64,000 nucleotides of DNA from Candidatus Latescibacterota bacterium (GCA_964291625.2 OZ220090.1:1024001-1088000); one strand, 5' to 3'. Counted from the stretch's first letter, positions 20,530 to 30,960 are shown. The notes: generated by a model from the letters alone, not told the origin. Numbers and translations are program-made.

Positions 20530-21642
20530 ATGCCGTACCGCGCCGCCGTGATCGGCCTCGGCCGCATGGGCAGCACCTTCGACGACGAGATCGAGTGGGG
20601 CGGCTCGATCTTCCTGCCCTACTGCCACGGGCCCAGCTACCACGCCCACCCCGAGGTCGAGCTGGTGGCCGGCGCCGACCCCCACGACGAGCAGCGGGCC
20701 ATCTTCGGCGAGCGCTGGGGCCTGGAGTCCGGCCATCTCTACGCCGACTACCGGGAGATGCTCGCCGAGGAGCGGCTCGACCTGGTGAGCGTCTGCACCA
20801 CGGCGCGGGTCCGCCGCCGCATCGTCGTCGACTGCGCCGCCGCCGGGGTGCGGGCGATCTGGGCCGAGAAGCCCCTGGCCCTGACCCTGGCCGAGGCCGA
20901 CGACATGGTCGACGCCTGCCGCCGCCACGGCGCCGCCCTGGCCGTCAACTGCGCCCGCCGCTGGAACCCGTTCTACGCCGAGACCCGCCGGCGCATCGAC
21001 AGCGGCGACCTGGGGCGGGTCCTGCAGGTCACGGCCTACGCCCAGTGCGGCCTCTCCCACAACGGCTCCCACGCCATCGACATCATCCGCTACCTCGCCG
21101 GCGGCCGGGTGAGCTGGGTCTTCGGCGAGATGGAGTCCGACGAGGCCGCCGCCGGCGAGACCGACCTGCAGGGCAACGCCTACCTCGCCTTCGACAACGG
21201 CGTGCGCGCCTACCTGCGGTCCACGGAGGGCGGACTCGCCTCCTGGGAGGTGGACGTGATCGGAACCGGGGGCCGGGTGCGCTCCGGCGCCAACGCCCTC
21301 GACTGGGAGATGTGGCGGCCGGTATCCGGCGGTCCCCGCAACCGCGGCCTGGCGGCGCGGGTGCCCTTCCCCTGGCCGGCGCGCATGCAGGGCATGGGCC
21401 TGACCATCGTCGACGACCTGATCGACTGCATCGAGTCCGGCGGCGATCCGCGCTGCTCCGGCGACGACGGGCGGGCGGCGCTGGAGGTGGCCGTGGCCCT
21501 GCGCGAGTCCCACCGGCGGGGGTGCGTCAAGGTCGAGCTGCCCCTGGCCGACCGCGGCCTCGGCATCCTCTCCTCGGAGATCCGGGAGGACGACGTGCCG
21601 GCGCGGGTGCGCCGGGAGAGGGCGGCGGCTCAGTCCCGCTGA
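20530..21642 (+). CDS. Gfo/Idh/MocA oxidoreductase
   Basis: VIGLGRMG, AEKPLA, HNGSHAID. Confidence 0.9.
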   Translation: MPYRAAVIGLGRMGSTFDDEIEWGGSIFLPYCHGPSYHAHPEVELVAGADPHDEQRAIFGERWGLESGHLYADYREMLAEERLDLVSVCTTARVRRRIVVDCAAAGVRAIWAEKPLALTLAEADDMVDACRRHGAALAVNCARRWNPFYAETRRRIDSGDLGRVLQVTAYAQCGLSHNGSHAIDIIRYLAGGRVSWVFGEMESDEAAAGETDLQGNAYLAFDNGVRAYLRSTEGGLASWEVDVIGTGGRVRSGANALDWEMWRPVSGGPRNRGLAARVPFPWPARMQGMGLTIVDDLIDCIESGGDPRCSGDDGRAALEVAVALRESHRRGCVKVELPLADRGLGILSSEIREDDVPARVRRERAAAQSR

Positions 21643-22388
21643 GGCAGCAGCCGGCGGGCGTTGCCGCCGAGGATCGCCCCCGCCTCGGGCGGCTCCAGGT
21701 CCAGCACCACGCGGGCGAGGCCGGCCAGGGGCACGAAGAACGGGGCGTGGGTGCCGAAGAGCAGGCGCGGCGTGAGGCCCGCGTCCACCATGCGCAGCAG
21801 GCTGTCCATGCCGTCGGCCTGGGAGACGTCGGCGTAGAGCCGTTCCAGGGAGAGGATCCGGGGAGCCAGGTCGAGGATCGCACTCCAGGGGGCCCCGCCG
21901 ATGACCACCGGCACCCGGGGATTCCGCCGCGCCAGATCCGCTATCTCCTGCGGATCCACGTCGTGGACCACCGCCCGGGGATGCTGCCGCCGGGGATCCT
22001 CCAGCCGGGCCTGCACGGACAGGACCAGTCCGGCCTCGCCCACGGCCGCGGCGCACTCGTCGGCGTCCCCCAGGTCGAATCCGCCGTAGGCCGGCAGCCA
22101 GCGCACCGCGGGCGCTCCCCTGTCCACGGCCAGGGTCAGCTCCTCGCCCCAGGTGGCCAGGCCCGGGTCGAGGACGGGGACGGGCCGCACCGACGGGAAA
22201 CGCTCCGCCGCCTCGTAGACGTCGGCGTTGGCCAGGTGCGGGTTGTGGGCGAAGGCGGCGTCCAGGGGCGACAGCAGCACGCTCCCGACGCCCACCTCCT
22301 CCAGCGAGGCCACCACCCGGTCCGCCGATCCAGGCAGCCGCAGCGACGCCCAGTGGCCGGTCCAGGCGCAGACGTCGACGATCTCCAC
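21630..22388 (-). CDS. Amidohydrolase-2 family protein (degenerate metal site)
   Basis: TIM-barrel motifs ending RLLFGTHAPF...ILGGNARRL. Confidence 0.75.
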   Translation of the reverse strand: MEIVDVCAWTGHWASLRLPGSADRVVASLEEVGVGSVLLSPLDAAFAHNPHLANADVYEAAERFPSVRPVPVLDPGLATWGEELTLAVDRGAPAVRWLPAYGGFDLGDADECAAAVGEAGLVLSVQARLEDPRRQHPRAVVHDVDPQEIADLARRNPRVPVVIGGAPWSAILDLAPRILSLERLYADVSQADGMDSLLRMVDAGLTPRLLFGTHAPFFVPLAGLARVVLDLEPPEAGAILGGNARRLLPQRD

Positions 22389-22394
22389 GCTCCC

Positions 22395-23228
22395 TCAGTC
22401 CCCCAGGCCGGCCCGCGCCGGCAGCAGCCCCCGCAGGTTGTCCCACAGGATGCGGCGCCTGTCCGCCGCCGCCAGGTCCGCCCCGAGGACCTTGGCCAGG
22501 GTGACGCCGAAGTGGCGGATCGGCGCGTCCGACCCGTAGACCACGCGCCCCGCCCCCAGGCGCCGCACGGCCAGCTCCACCATGCCGCTCTCCGGGTCGC
22601 CTCCCGAGGTGTCCACGAAGACGTTGGCGCAGTCCCGGACATCCTCGACGCCCCGGGGGTTGCAGCCGTTGAGGTGGGCCATGACGATCCGCGCCTCCGG
22701 GTGGCGGCGGGCCAGGTGGGCCACGTCGGCCGGGAAGGACTCCCCCGCCAGGTTGCCCGTGGTCTTGCGCCAGGCGTGCTGCAGCACGGGCACGTCCAGC
22801 TCGACCGCGCGGCTCAGGATCGGGTCGAGGCCGGCCTCGCAGGCGCGCCGGGCGACCCACAGCTTGACGCCCACCATGCCCTCGCCGGCGACGCAGCGGT
22901 CGATCTCGGCCGCCGCCTCCTGCGGGTGCGCCGGCGAGACGTAGCAGAAGGGCAGGAAGAACCCCTCCGAGACGTCGCGCATGGCCAGGGCGTAGTCGTT
23001 GGCCTGGCGGCACTGGTCCGGCGTCGGCTCCCGGGGCGTGCTCGAGTGCAGGGAGAACAGGACCGCCCGGGTGATCCCGGCCCGGCGGGCGGCCTCGCCC
23101 AGCCGGCGCGCGTCCTCGGCCGGTCCCGACAGGGGGAAGCCGCCGAAGTTGTCCAGCGGGTGGACGTGGGCGTCGATGACGGGCCCGCCCGGGTCGAGGC
23201 GGCGGCGCAGGTCGGCGAGAGAGGTCAC
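22395..23228 (-). CDS. Amidohydrolase-2 family metal-dependent hydrolase
   Basis: IDAHVH, PVLQH, IVMAHL, VDTSG, VVYGSDAP. Confidence 0.88.
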   Translation of the reverse strand: MTSLADLRRRLDPGGPVIDAHVHPLDNFGGFPLSGPAEDARRLGEAARRAGITRAVLFSLHSSTPREPTPDQCRQANDYALAMRDVSEGFFLPFCYVSPAHPQEAAAEIDRCVAGEGMVGVKLWVARRACEAGLDPILSRAVELDVPVLQHAWRKTTGNLAGESFPADVAHLARRHPEARIVMAHLNGCNPRGVEDVRDCANVFVDTSGGDPESGMVELAVRRLGAGRVVYGSDAPIRHFGVTLAKVLGADLAAADRRRILWDNLRGLLPARAGLGD

Positions 23229-23251
23229 GCGGGAAGGACGGCCGCCGAGCC

Positions 23252-24007
23252 TCAGCCGGCGGCGCGGACGTAGCGCGGACGCAGGTGCATGCGGCGGAAG
23301 CCGCGGCGGCGATAGACGCTCTCGGCCTCGCTGTCGGGCTCGGTCTCCAGCGTCGTCCAGCGGTTGCCCAGGGCCGCCGAGTCGGCCGCGGCGCGCGCCA
23401 CCAGGGCCGAGGCCACTCCCCGGCGGCGGTGCCCGGGCAGGGTCCCCACCAGGTCGACGTAGCCCATGCCGTGATCCGAGTAGAGCAGGGCCGTGCCCGC
23501 CGGCTCGCCGCGGCGGCGGGCCAGGTAGAGTTGCACCCTGGGGGTGTCGAGGACGCTGCGGCCCAGCTCTCCGGCCCCGGGCGGGAGGTCGAAGCTCCGG
23601 CACCACACCTGCGACCAGAGACCGTACTCCCCGGCCCCGGGAACGACGACCTCCACCTCCGGGGCCCGCAGCGGCTCGGCGGGACGGTCGCAGAGCATGG
23701 CGGTGGCCCGGATCGCGAGGTCGAACCCGCGCTGCAGCAGCCGCTCGCCGAGGTCGGCGGGCCGGTCCAGCGGCGTCAGGGTGAAGGCGCAGTCGAAGGC
23801 CTGGCGGCGGAAGTGGTCCAGGGCCGCGTCGATGAGCCGGTCGGCGTCGCCCGGTGCCGCGTCGACCTGCACCACCCGGTGCAGCATGGGGATCTTCACG
23901 TCTTCGTGGTGGAAGGCCCGCGCCCCGCCGAGGTCGCGGGAGACGCACCAGCGCGCCCGGAACTCGACCCAGAGCTGCTCGAAGACCCGGGTGAGGTCGT
24001 TCGTCAC
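23252..24007 (-). CDS. GNAT N-acetyltransferase
   Basis: VGTLPGHRRRGVASAL, VYRRRGF. Confidence 0.85.
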   Translation of the reverse strand: MTNDLTRVFEQLWVEFRARWCVSRDLGGARAFHHEDVKIPMLHRVVQVDAAPGDADRLIDAALDHFRRQAFDCAFTLTPLDRPADLGERLLQRGFDLAIRATAMLCDRPAEPLRAPEVEVVVPGAGEYGLWSQVWCRSFDLPPGAGELGRSVLDTPRVQLYLARRRGEPAGTALLYSDHGMGYVDLVGTLPGHRRRGVASALVARAAADSAALGNRWTTLETEPDSEAESVYRRRGFRRMHLRPRYVRAAG

Positions 24008-24046
24008 CGGCGCGGCTCCGCCCCTCGGCAGGCCGGCCCCGGGAGG

Positions 24047-24919
24047 CTACTCCGCGCCATTGAGGATCCGGCCCATGCGCGCGTTGAAGGCGTCGATGCG
24101 CCCCTGCAGGAAAGCCAGCACCTCGCGCAGCTCCTGCTGTCTCGCCTTCAGGCGCTGCGACTCCAGCAGCAGAGGCGCCTCGGCGGGAGGCGCCACCGCG
24201 CCGTCCGGCGGCGTGTCGCCCACCTGCTGCCGCTGCGCGGCCGTGCCGCCGCGGGGGGCCAGGGCCGCCTCGCCGGGGCCGAACTGCTGCAGCAGCAGCA
24301 ACTTCCGCTCGATGGCGTCGAGGCGGTGGGAGACGCGGTGCCAGTCCTCCCGGGCCCGGGCCGCCATGTACTGGGCCAGCTCCTTCTTCTGGCGGATCTC
24401 CTCCGGGCCGTCCGCCTCGTTGAGGGCCAGCTCGTGCTCGTCGTCGAGGCGGTAGTGGCCCTGGCCGATGCTGTAGCCCAGCAGCCGGCGTTCCTCCTGG
24501 AAGACCTCCAGCTGCCGGTAGAGTCCGGCGTCCCAGCCGCCGTCCTCCAGGAGGCGGATCAGCTGGCTGATCTCCCAGTCGTAGGCGGCGCGCAGCTCCT
24601 CGTTCAGGGCTTCCATCTCGGCGGCGGCGCTGTCGAGGCGGACCTCCACGTTCAGCAGCCGCTGCAGAAGCTGCCGGGACTGGAGCTGCAGGCGCCCCAG
24701 CTCCGGCAGACCCGGGGCGCGGCTGCGGAGGCTGTCGATCCGGGAGGAGAGGGAGTCCCGGCGCGCCATGAAGCGGCTGCGGATCTTCTGCAGCGACTGC
24801 GAGACCCGGTCGATGCGCTCCCGCGAGGCCTTGAGATCGGCCAGCTCGTCCAGCTGGCCTCCCGCAGGCAGGAGCGTGCCCATGAGGGTCAGGAGCGTCA
24901 GGGGAAGGGATCGATTCAT
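24047..24919 (-). CDS. Exported coiled-coil hypothetical protein
   Basis: Signal-like MNRSLPLTLLTLMGTLLPAGG, heptad-rich; start overlaps the regulator stop. Confidence 0.65.
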   Translation of the reverse strand: MNRSLPLTLLTLMGTLLPAGGQLDELADLKASRERIDRVSQSLQKIRSRFMARRDSLSSRIDSLRSRAPGLPELGRLQLQSRQLLQRLLNVEVRLDSAAAEMEALNEELRAAYDWEISQLIRLLEDGGWDAGLYRQLEVFQEERRLLGYSIGQGHYRLDDEHELALNEADGPEEIRQKKELAQYMAARAREDWHRVSHRLDAIERKLLLLQQFGPGEAALAPRGGTAAQRQQVGDTPPDGAVAPPAEAPLLLESQRLKARQQELREVLAFLQGRIDAFNARMGRILNGAE

Positions 24920-26310
24920 GCCGGCTCGGCGTAGCTGACGCCGTGCTTCTTGAGTTTGTAGTCGAGGGTGGGGGTCTTCAAGCCGAGGATCTGCGCCGCC
25001 CGGGTCTTCACCCCCCGCGCTTCCTCCATGGCCCGGGTGATCAGCTCGCGCTCCAGCCGTTCCATCTGCTCGTTCAGGTGCCCGCCGCCGCCGTCGCCGT
25101 CGCCGGTCTCCACCGCCTCCCCCGTCCGGCCCATCGTCTCCAGGGGCAGGTCGGAGGGCTCGATCGCCTCGCCGTCGCTGAGGACGATGGTGCGCTCGAT
25201 GACGTTCTCCAGCTCGCGGACGTTGCCGGGCCAGCCGTAGTCGCAGAGGATCTCCAGGGCTTCGCCGGTCAGACGCCTGAGGGGCCGGTTGATTTCCCGC
25301 GACTTCTTCCTCAGGTAGTGGTCGACCAGCAGGGGGATGTCCTCCCGGCACTCGCGCAGGGGCGGCAGCTGGAGGGGGATCACCTCCAGCCGGTAGAACA
25401 GATCCTCGCGGAAGGTCTTCTGCTCGACCATCTCCTTCAGGGGGCGGTTGGTGGCCGCCACGACGCGCACGTCGGCGCGCAGGGTGCGCTCGCCGCCGAC
25501 GCGGTCGAACTCCCGGGCCTGGAGCACGCGCAGCAGACTCACCTGCAGCTCCGGCGACAGGTCGGCCACCTCGTCGAGGAAGATCGTCCCGCCCTCGGCC
25601 AGCTCGAACTTGCCCTTCTTCGTGCGCACGGCGCCGGTGAAGGCGCCGCGTTCGTGGCCGAAGAGCTCGCTCTCGGCCAGCTCCCGGGGCAGGGCGCCGC
25701 AGTTGACGCGCACGAAGGGCCCCTCCCGGCGCCGGCTGCCGCGGTGCAGGGCGCGGGCCACCAGTTCCTTGCCGGTGCCGCTCTCCCCGTAGATCATCAC
25801 CGAGGAGTCGGTGGCCCCCACGCGCTCCACCGCCGCCATCACCTGCCGCATCCGCCGCGAGTCGCCGACGATCTTCTCGTAGCGGTCGCCGATCTCCTCG
25901 CGCAGGTACTCGTTCTCCTCCTCCAGGCGGTCCCGCTCCCGGCGCGCCCGCCGGTTCTCCAGGACCGTGCCGACCTTCACGGGCAGCACCTTGTCGAGGT
26001 TGTCCTTGACCACGAAGTCGGCCGCCCCCCTCTGCATCGCCTGCACCGCCACCTCGATGCTGCCGTGGCCTGTGACCATGATCACGTCGGTCTCGGGGTA
26101 GAGCTCCTTCACCTTCGCCAGCAGCTCCAGCCCGTCCATGCCCTCCATGCGGTAGTCGGTGATCACCAGGTCGGCCTCGGACCGGCGCAGGCTCTCCAGG
26201 GCCTCGGCGCCGCTGCCGGCGGTGGCGGCCTCGTGGCCCATGCGGCCCAGGCGCAGGGCCCAGCCCTCGCGCAGGGGCTCGTAGTCGTCGACGAAGAGGA
26301 TGCGGTTCAC
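24916..26310 (-). CDS. Sigma-54-dependent response regulator (NtrC/ZraR family)
   Basis: Receiver (FVDD, ITDYRM), GESGTGKE, ELFGHERGAFTGA, WPGNVRELEN, Fis-type HTH. Confidence 0.95.
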   Translation of the reverse strand: MNRILFVDDYEPLREGWALRLGRMGHEAATAGSGAEALESLRRSEADLVITDYRMEGMDGLELLAKVKELYPETDVIMVTGHGSIEVAVQAMQRGAADFVVKDNLDKVLPVKVGTVLENRRARRERDRLEEENEYLREEIGDRYEKIVGDSRRMRQVMAAVERVGATDSSVMIYGESGTGKELVARALHRGSRRREGPFVRVNCGALPRELAESELFGHERGAFTGAVRTKKGKFELAEGGTIFLDEVADLSPELQVSLLRVLQAREFDRVGGERTLRADVRVVAATNRPLKEMVEQKTFREDLFYRLEVIPLQLPPLRECREDIPLLVDHYLRKKSREINRPLRRLTGEALEILCDYGWPGNVRELENVIERTIVLSDGEAIEPSDLPLETMGRTGEAVETGDGDGGGGHLNEQMERLERELITRAMEEARGVKTRAAQILGLKTPTLDYKLKKHGVSYAEPA

Positions 26311-27788
26311 GCGCCCACCTCCTCGGTCTCGGCCACGGGCACCGCCCCGGCGGCCGGCAGGACCAGGCGGAAGACCGAGCCGCGGCCGGGAGCGGACTCG
26401 ACCTCGACCCGGCCGGCGTTGGTCTCCGCCGCCTGCTGCACGATGGCCAGACCCAGGCCGGAGCCCTTCTCGCGGGTGGTGAAGAAGGGCTCGAAGAGGC
26501 GCTGCCGGACCTCCTCGGCCATCCCCGGGCCGGTGTCCTCCACCTCCAGGGCGACCTCGCCGGAGGCGCCCACGGCACGCACCGTCAGGGCCCCGCCCCC
26601 GGCCATGGCCTGCACCGCGTTCTTCATGAGGTTCACGACGGCGCGCTTCACCTGCTCGGGGTCGGCGTAGACCCGCGCCTCGGGAGAGACCTCGGTGCGG
26701 AAGGTGACGCCGGCGGCCTCCATCTCCGGCGACAGCAGGAAGCGGGCGTCGTCCACCAGCTGCGACAGCACCACCTCCCCGGGTTGGGGCGAGGGCGGCC
26801 GCGCGAAGTGGAGGAACTCGGAGATCACCAGGTTCATGGCGTGGACCTGGGCGATGACCTTGTGGATGTGCTCCCGCCGCGGGTCCTCGCCCGGCAGCTC
26901 GTCGGCGATGAGGCCGGCGTAGATCTCGATACCGCTCAAGGGGTTGCGGACCTCGTGGGCGACGCCGGCCAGCATCTGGCGCAGCTGGGCGTCGCGCTCC
27001 AGCAGCTTGCGGCGCATCTCCTCCATCGTCTGCCCGAGGTACCCGATCTCGTCGTGGGCCTCCACCTTCACCGCCCGGCGGAGGTTGCCGCGGCCGATCT
27101 CGCGCGCCGCCGTCACCAGGGTGTGGATGGGGCCGGTGATGTGACGGGCCACGGCGAGGCCCGCCAGGAAGGTCAGCAGGGTGCCGAAGCCGGCGAGGAG
27201 ATAGATGGAGCGCTTGAAGCCGAGGATGGAATCCATGTACCCGGCGCCGATGTCCACCCCCACGCCGGCGACGATCTTCCCCTTCCGGTCGTGGATCGGC
27301 GCGTAGCCCGTCATGTAGTGATCGCCCGTGCTCTCGTCGGTGAAGCGCGGCGTGTTCGCCGGCTCGCCCTCCCACATGGCCGCCACCTGGGGCTTGTGAA
27401 AGGCGAGGAGGTGGATCTCGCGGCCGATGCGCTTGCCCTCCTCCGTGTCGAGGAGGCTGCGGCCGCTGCGGTCGAAGACGTAGATGCGGCGCGCCCCCAG
27501 GGCCTCCCGGGTCTCGCCCATGCGCCTCCGGAGCAGCTGGTGCAGGAAGGTCCCCTCCATGCCCGGCTTCAGCTTGGTCACCTGGCCCCTCGCCAGCTCG
27601 GCGGCGATCATCTGCGACTCCACCTTCAGGTGCGAGGCGAGCTGGTTCTCGAGGCTGTCGAGGGCCTGCCGGTAGAGGACCCAGCCACTGCCTCCGAGGC
27701 CCGCCAGGGCCAGGGTGACGAAGATGAAGACCAGCCGCCGGCCGAGGGAGCCCTGGCCCCGGCGCGGATCCCCGGGCCCGCCCCTCAC
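26307..27788 (-). CDS. HAMP-domain sensor histidine kinase
   Basis: Two TMs, HAMP, VAHEVRNPL, NLMKNAVQA, DTGPG, GSGLGL. Confidence 0.93.
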   Translation of the reverse strand: MRGGPGDPRRGQGSLGRRLVFIFVTLALAGLGGSGWVLYRQALDSLENQLASHLKVESQMIAAELARGQVTKLKPGMEGTFLHQLLRRRMGETREALGARRIYVFDRSGRSLLDTEEGKRIGREIHLLAFHKPQVAAMWEGEPANTPRFTDESTGDHYMTGYAPIHDRKGKIVAGVGVDIGAGYMDSILGFKRSIYLLAGFGTLLTFLAGLAVARHITGPIHTLVTAAREIGRGNLRRAVKVEAHDEIGYLGQTMEEMRRKLLERDAQLRQMLAGVAHEVRNPLSGIEIYAGLIADELPGEDPRREHIHKVIAQVHAMNLVISEFLHFARPPSPQPGEVVLSQLVDDARFLLSPEMEAAGVTFRTEVSPEARVYADPEQVKRAVVNLMKNAVQAMAGGGALTVRAVGASGEVALEVEDTGPGMAEEVRQRLFEPFFTTREKGSGLGLAIVQQAAETNAGRVEVESAPGRGSVFRLVLPAAGAVPVAETEEVGA

Positions 27789-29560
27789 AGTCCGATCCTC
27801 GACCGGAACTCCGGCCGGCCCGCGAGTCCGGGGCGCAGCCGGAAGAGGGCGCCGGCGCCCGGGCCTTCCGCCTCCCGGTCGTGGCCGCCGGCGGTGGTCA
27901 CGTAGAGCTCGTCGAGAGCGGGTCCCCCGAAGCCGGCGCTCGACACCTTGCGCGCCGGCAGCTCGATCCGCCGGTCCTCGCCGCCGTCGGGCCGGTAGCG
28001 GACCAGGCGGCCGCCGTTCCACAGGGCGCACCAGACCCCGCCCTCGGCGTCGACGGCGAGGCCGTCGGGGGCGCCATCGCCGCCGGAGAGGTCGGCGAAG
28101 ACGCCGCGGTCGGACAGCTCCCCGGTGGCGCGGTCGTAGGCGAACCTCCAGATGATGCCGGCCCTGGAGTCGACGAAGTACATCCGGCGCCCGTCGGGCG
28201 AGAACCCCATGCCGTTGGGCAGCCCCACGCCGTCGAGCAGCTCCGTCAGGGTGCCGTCGCGGTCGAGCCGGTAGAGCCGGCCGCCGCCGGCCGGGCCCGG
28301 CATGGTGCCGCAGAACACGCGCCCCTCGGGATCGGCGATGACGTCGTTGAAGCGTGAGCCGCGCTCCACGGGGATCTCCTCGACGACCGGGGACAGGGGC
28401 TGGTCCCGGCGCCAGACGGCGATGGCGCCGCGGGCCATGAACAGCAGCAGCGAGCCGTCGGCCTGCACCGTGAAGCCGCCGATGGGCTCGCCCTGAAAGA
28501 GCTGCTCGTGCGCCCCCGAGGCGGGATCGCAGCGGTAGAGGCGCCCCTCGGGGATGTCGACCCAGTAGAGGCGCTGCTCGTCTTCGTGCCAGAGAGGCCC
28601 CTCCCCCGTGCGGCAGCGGGTGTCGGCCACCCTCTCGGGTACGATGGCCGGGGCGGACGCCGGCGCCGGCAGCCGGCGCCTCTCCTCCTCCCAGGCCCGC
28701 CAGTAGCCCCGCAGGCGGCGGCGCAGGTGCTTCGGCCGCTCGGCGTAGACGCGCATCCCCAGGACGCGGGCCTCCTCCTGCAGCTCGTGGCGCCGTTGCG
28801 AGATCGGCCCGAGAAGCGCCTCCGCCTCCGGCTGGCCCTCCTCGCGCAGCACCCCGGCGAGGACGGCCAGGTCGTGATCGTCCCCCAGCAGCTCGCCGAG
28901 GCGGTCCAACTCGCCCCGCCAGGCGGACATCGCCGCCGGCCACAGCGGCTGCAGCAGGCGGCTGTGGTACCACAGGTACTTCACGCGCTTGCGCCACTCG
29001 TGGAGGCTCTCCACCGACGGGCGCCAGCTCGCCTCGCCGCCCTCGCGGCGGCCGCGGCGGTAGACGGCCAGCAGCCCGCCCCCCAGGCCGCTCCAGCCGG
29101 CGCCCTCCAGGGGCCAGTCGTCGACGCGCCCGCGGGCCTGGCGCAGGACCCCGGCACAGGCGCCGAGGACGGGCCCCCGCTCGCCGGCCCCGTAGGCCCG
29201 CCCCCGGCGGGCGGCCAGCCGCTCGCGGAGGGGGGTGTAGTGGGCCGCCCCGCCGTTGACGGGGCCCACCACCCGGTCGAGGGTGGCCACGAGCACGGTG
29301 GCGTCGCGCAGGCCGGCCAGCCGGCGGGCGGTGTCGCGGTAGGTCTCGTTCTCGCGCCGGTAGACCTCGCCGCCGAGGTCGGTGCGCACGAGTCGCACCA
29401 GGCCGCGCATGCACTTCATCGACTTGCGCGCCGAATGCACGTCGCCGTCGCGGTCGTCGGTGCCTTCGGTGAGTCGGAGGATGGACTGGTCGAGCTGCTC
29501 GCGGGCGATCCGCCGCACCCCGTCGGGGACGGATTCAGCCGGATCGAGACGGAAGGCCAT
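27785..29560 (-). CDS. CHAD domain fused to SMP-30/gluconolactonase
   Basis: CHAD motifs VHSARK, LHEWRKRVKYLWY, LGDDHDL; then GEGPLW, RFND, PNGMGFS, PDGLAVD. Confidence 0.85.
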   Translation of the reverse strand: MAFRLDPAESVPDGVRRIAREQLDQSILRLTEGTDDRDGDVHSARKSMKCMRGLVRLVRTDLGGEVYRRENETYRDTARRLAGLRDATVLVATLDRVVGPVNGGAAHYTPLRERLAARRGRAYGAGERGPVLGACAGVLRQARGRVDDWPLEGAGWSGLGGGLLAVYRRGRREGGEASWRPSVESLHEWRKRVKYLWYHSRLLQPLWPAAMSAWRGELDRLGELLGDDHDLAVLAGVLREEGQPEAEALLGPISQRRHELQEEARVLGMRVYAERPKHLRRRLRGYWRAWEEERRRLPAPASAPAIVPERVADTRCRTGEGPLWHEDEQRLYWVDIPEGRLYRCDPASGAHEQLFQGEPIGGFTVQADGSLLLFMARGAIAVWRRDQPLSPVVEEIPVERGSRFNDVIADPEGRVFCGTMPGPAGGGRLYRLDRDGTLTELLDGVGLPNGMGFSPDGRRMYFVDSRAGIIWRFAYDRATGELSDRGVFADLSGGDGAPDGLAVDAEGGVWCALWNGGRLVRYRPDGGEDRRIELPARKVSSAGFGGPALDELYVTTAGGHDREAEGPGAGALFRLRPGLAGRPEFRSRIGL

Positions 29561-29665
29561 GGCGCTGTCGAAGGTACCGGGGCCCTCTCGGAATGTCCAG
29601 CAGGGGACGATCCGCCGCAGGGGGGCCGACAGCGGTCGACCGAGTCCGCGGCCAGGGCGCCGTGC

Positions 29666-30958
29666 CTACCGGCCCGGGATCAGCTCCAGCAGGCGCCCGT
29701 CGCCGTCGGAGAGGATCAGCTTCAGCTCGCCGCCGGTCAGGTCGAGGGGCCTCACGGACCCGTCCGCACGCGACCGGTCGACCTCGGCCACGGCGACGCC
29801 CTCGGCAAAGGTGAGGGTCAGCTCGGCGGCCTTCATCGGGTCGCGGTTCACCACCATCAGGAAGCGGCGGCCGTCGGGCCCGTCGAAGAAGCCGAGCACC
29901 GCCGGCGCCCCCAGGCAACTGGTCAGACCGCCGTGGCCGTCGTGGATCCACGTCGTGCCCCGCGGCTGCGGGGAGGTGTGGAAGACCGCGGTGGAGGTCA
30001 GGGAGAGCAGGAGACGGCCCATGCCCTGGATCTCGCGGTTGATCCGCCTCGCCGTCTCGTACCAGGGGCCGCGGTTCCCCTTGCCGTCGATGAGGCCGTT
30101 CTCGCCCTCGGCCGGTCCGTAGGTGAAGTACTGCAACCCGCGGGCGCCGTAGGCCAGGCAGGAGTAGAGCTGGAAGCGCAGGTGTCCCTCGGTCGGCGTC
30201 GGGTAGGAGAACACGGGTGTGCTCAGCGTGAAGGCCCAGAACGGCACGCCGTGCTTCAGGGCCGCGGCGCGGATGATCTCCAGGTTCTCGTAGTACTCGG
30301 GGCGCACGCGGATGGCGTAGTCGGCCTCGCGGAACCGGTAGCCCTCGATACAGTAGTGGTCGTACATGAGGACCTCGGGCCGGAAGACCTCCATGTAGAG
30401 GTCGACGTACTCCTGGTAGTCGCGGGTGCCGATGTAGTTCTCCCGCTCGTTCACCGGCGCGTAGTTGGGGAAGAGGTTGACGTAGGCCCAGTGGCCGGGG
30501 TCCATGCGCGCCAGGAGCCGGCGGCTGTGGGCCAGGGCCGGGAAGCTGACCGCGTGGGGCTCGTCCTTGAGGACGTAGGCCGCGAAGGCGGGCTCCGCCG
30601 AGTAGAGGGCCGTGCGCTCCTTCAGACTCTCCACCAGCTCGTCCGCCTTCTCCGGCTTCTCCCCCCACTCCCAGTTCACCAGGCCGCCCAACAGCAGGCC
30701 GATGCCGTACCTCTCACCCAGGTCGAGGGTGCGCCGATACTCCTCGGCTGTTCCGTGGAAGGAGGGCAGGCACAGGTTGAACCCGGCCTCGGCGACGTCC
30801 CTCCAGACCTCGTCGGTGAGCAGCCCGCGGCCCGGGCCGTACCACGCAACCAGGGGGAAGGGCCGGTCGTCGGGCGGCTGCCACTTCCACCCCGGGACCG
30901 CCTCGCCGGCGGCGGCCGACGCGGCCAGCATCGACATCAGGACGGCGGCCCCCCGCAC
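29666..30958 (-). CDS. Exported glycoside-hydrolase-like TIM-barrel protein
   Basis: Signal peptide; AEAGFN, YVLKDEP, YVNLFPNY, YDHY, LAYGARGLQYFTY. Confidence 0.6.
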   Translation of the reverse strand: MRGAAVLMSMLAASAAAGEAVPGWKWQPPDDRPFPLVAWYGPGRGLLTDEVWRDVAEAGFNLCLPSFHGTAEEYRRTLDLGERYGIGLLLGGLVNWEWGEKPEKADELVESLKERTALYSAEPAFAAYVLKDEPHAVSFPALAHSRRLLARMDPGHWAYVNLFPNYAPVNERENYIGTRDYQEYVDLYMEVFRPEVLMYDHYCIEGYRFREADYAIRVRPEYYENLEIIRAAALKHGVPFWAFTLSTPVFSYPTPTEGHLRFQLYSCLAYGARGLQYFTYGPAEGENGLIDGKGNRGPWYETARRINREIQGMGRLLLSLTSTAVFHTSPQPRGTTWIHDGHGGLTSCLGAPAVLGFFDGPDGRRFLMVVNRDPMKAAELTLTFAEGVAVAEVDRSRADGSVRPLDLTGGELKLILSDGDGRLLELIPGR

Positions 30959-30960
30959 CG

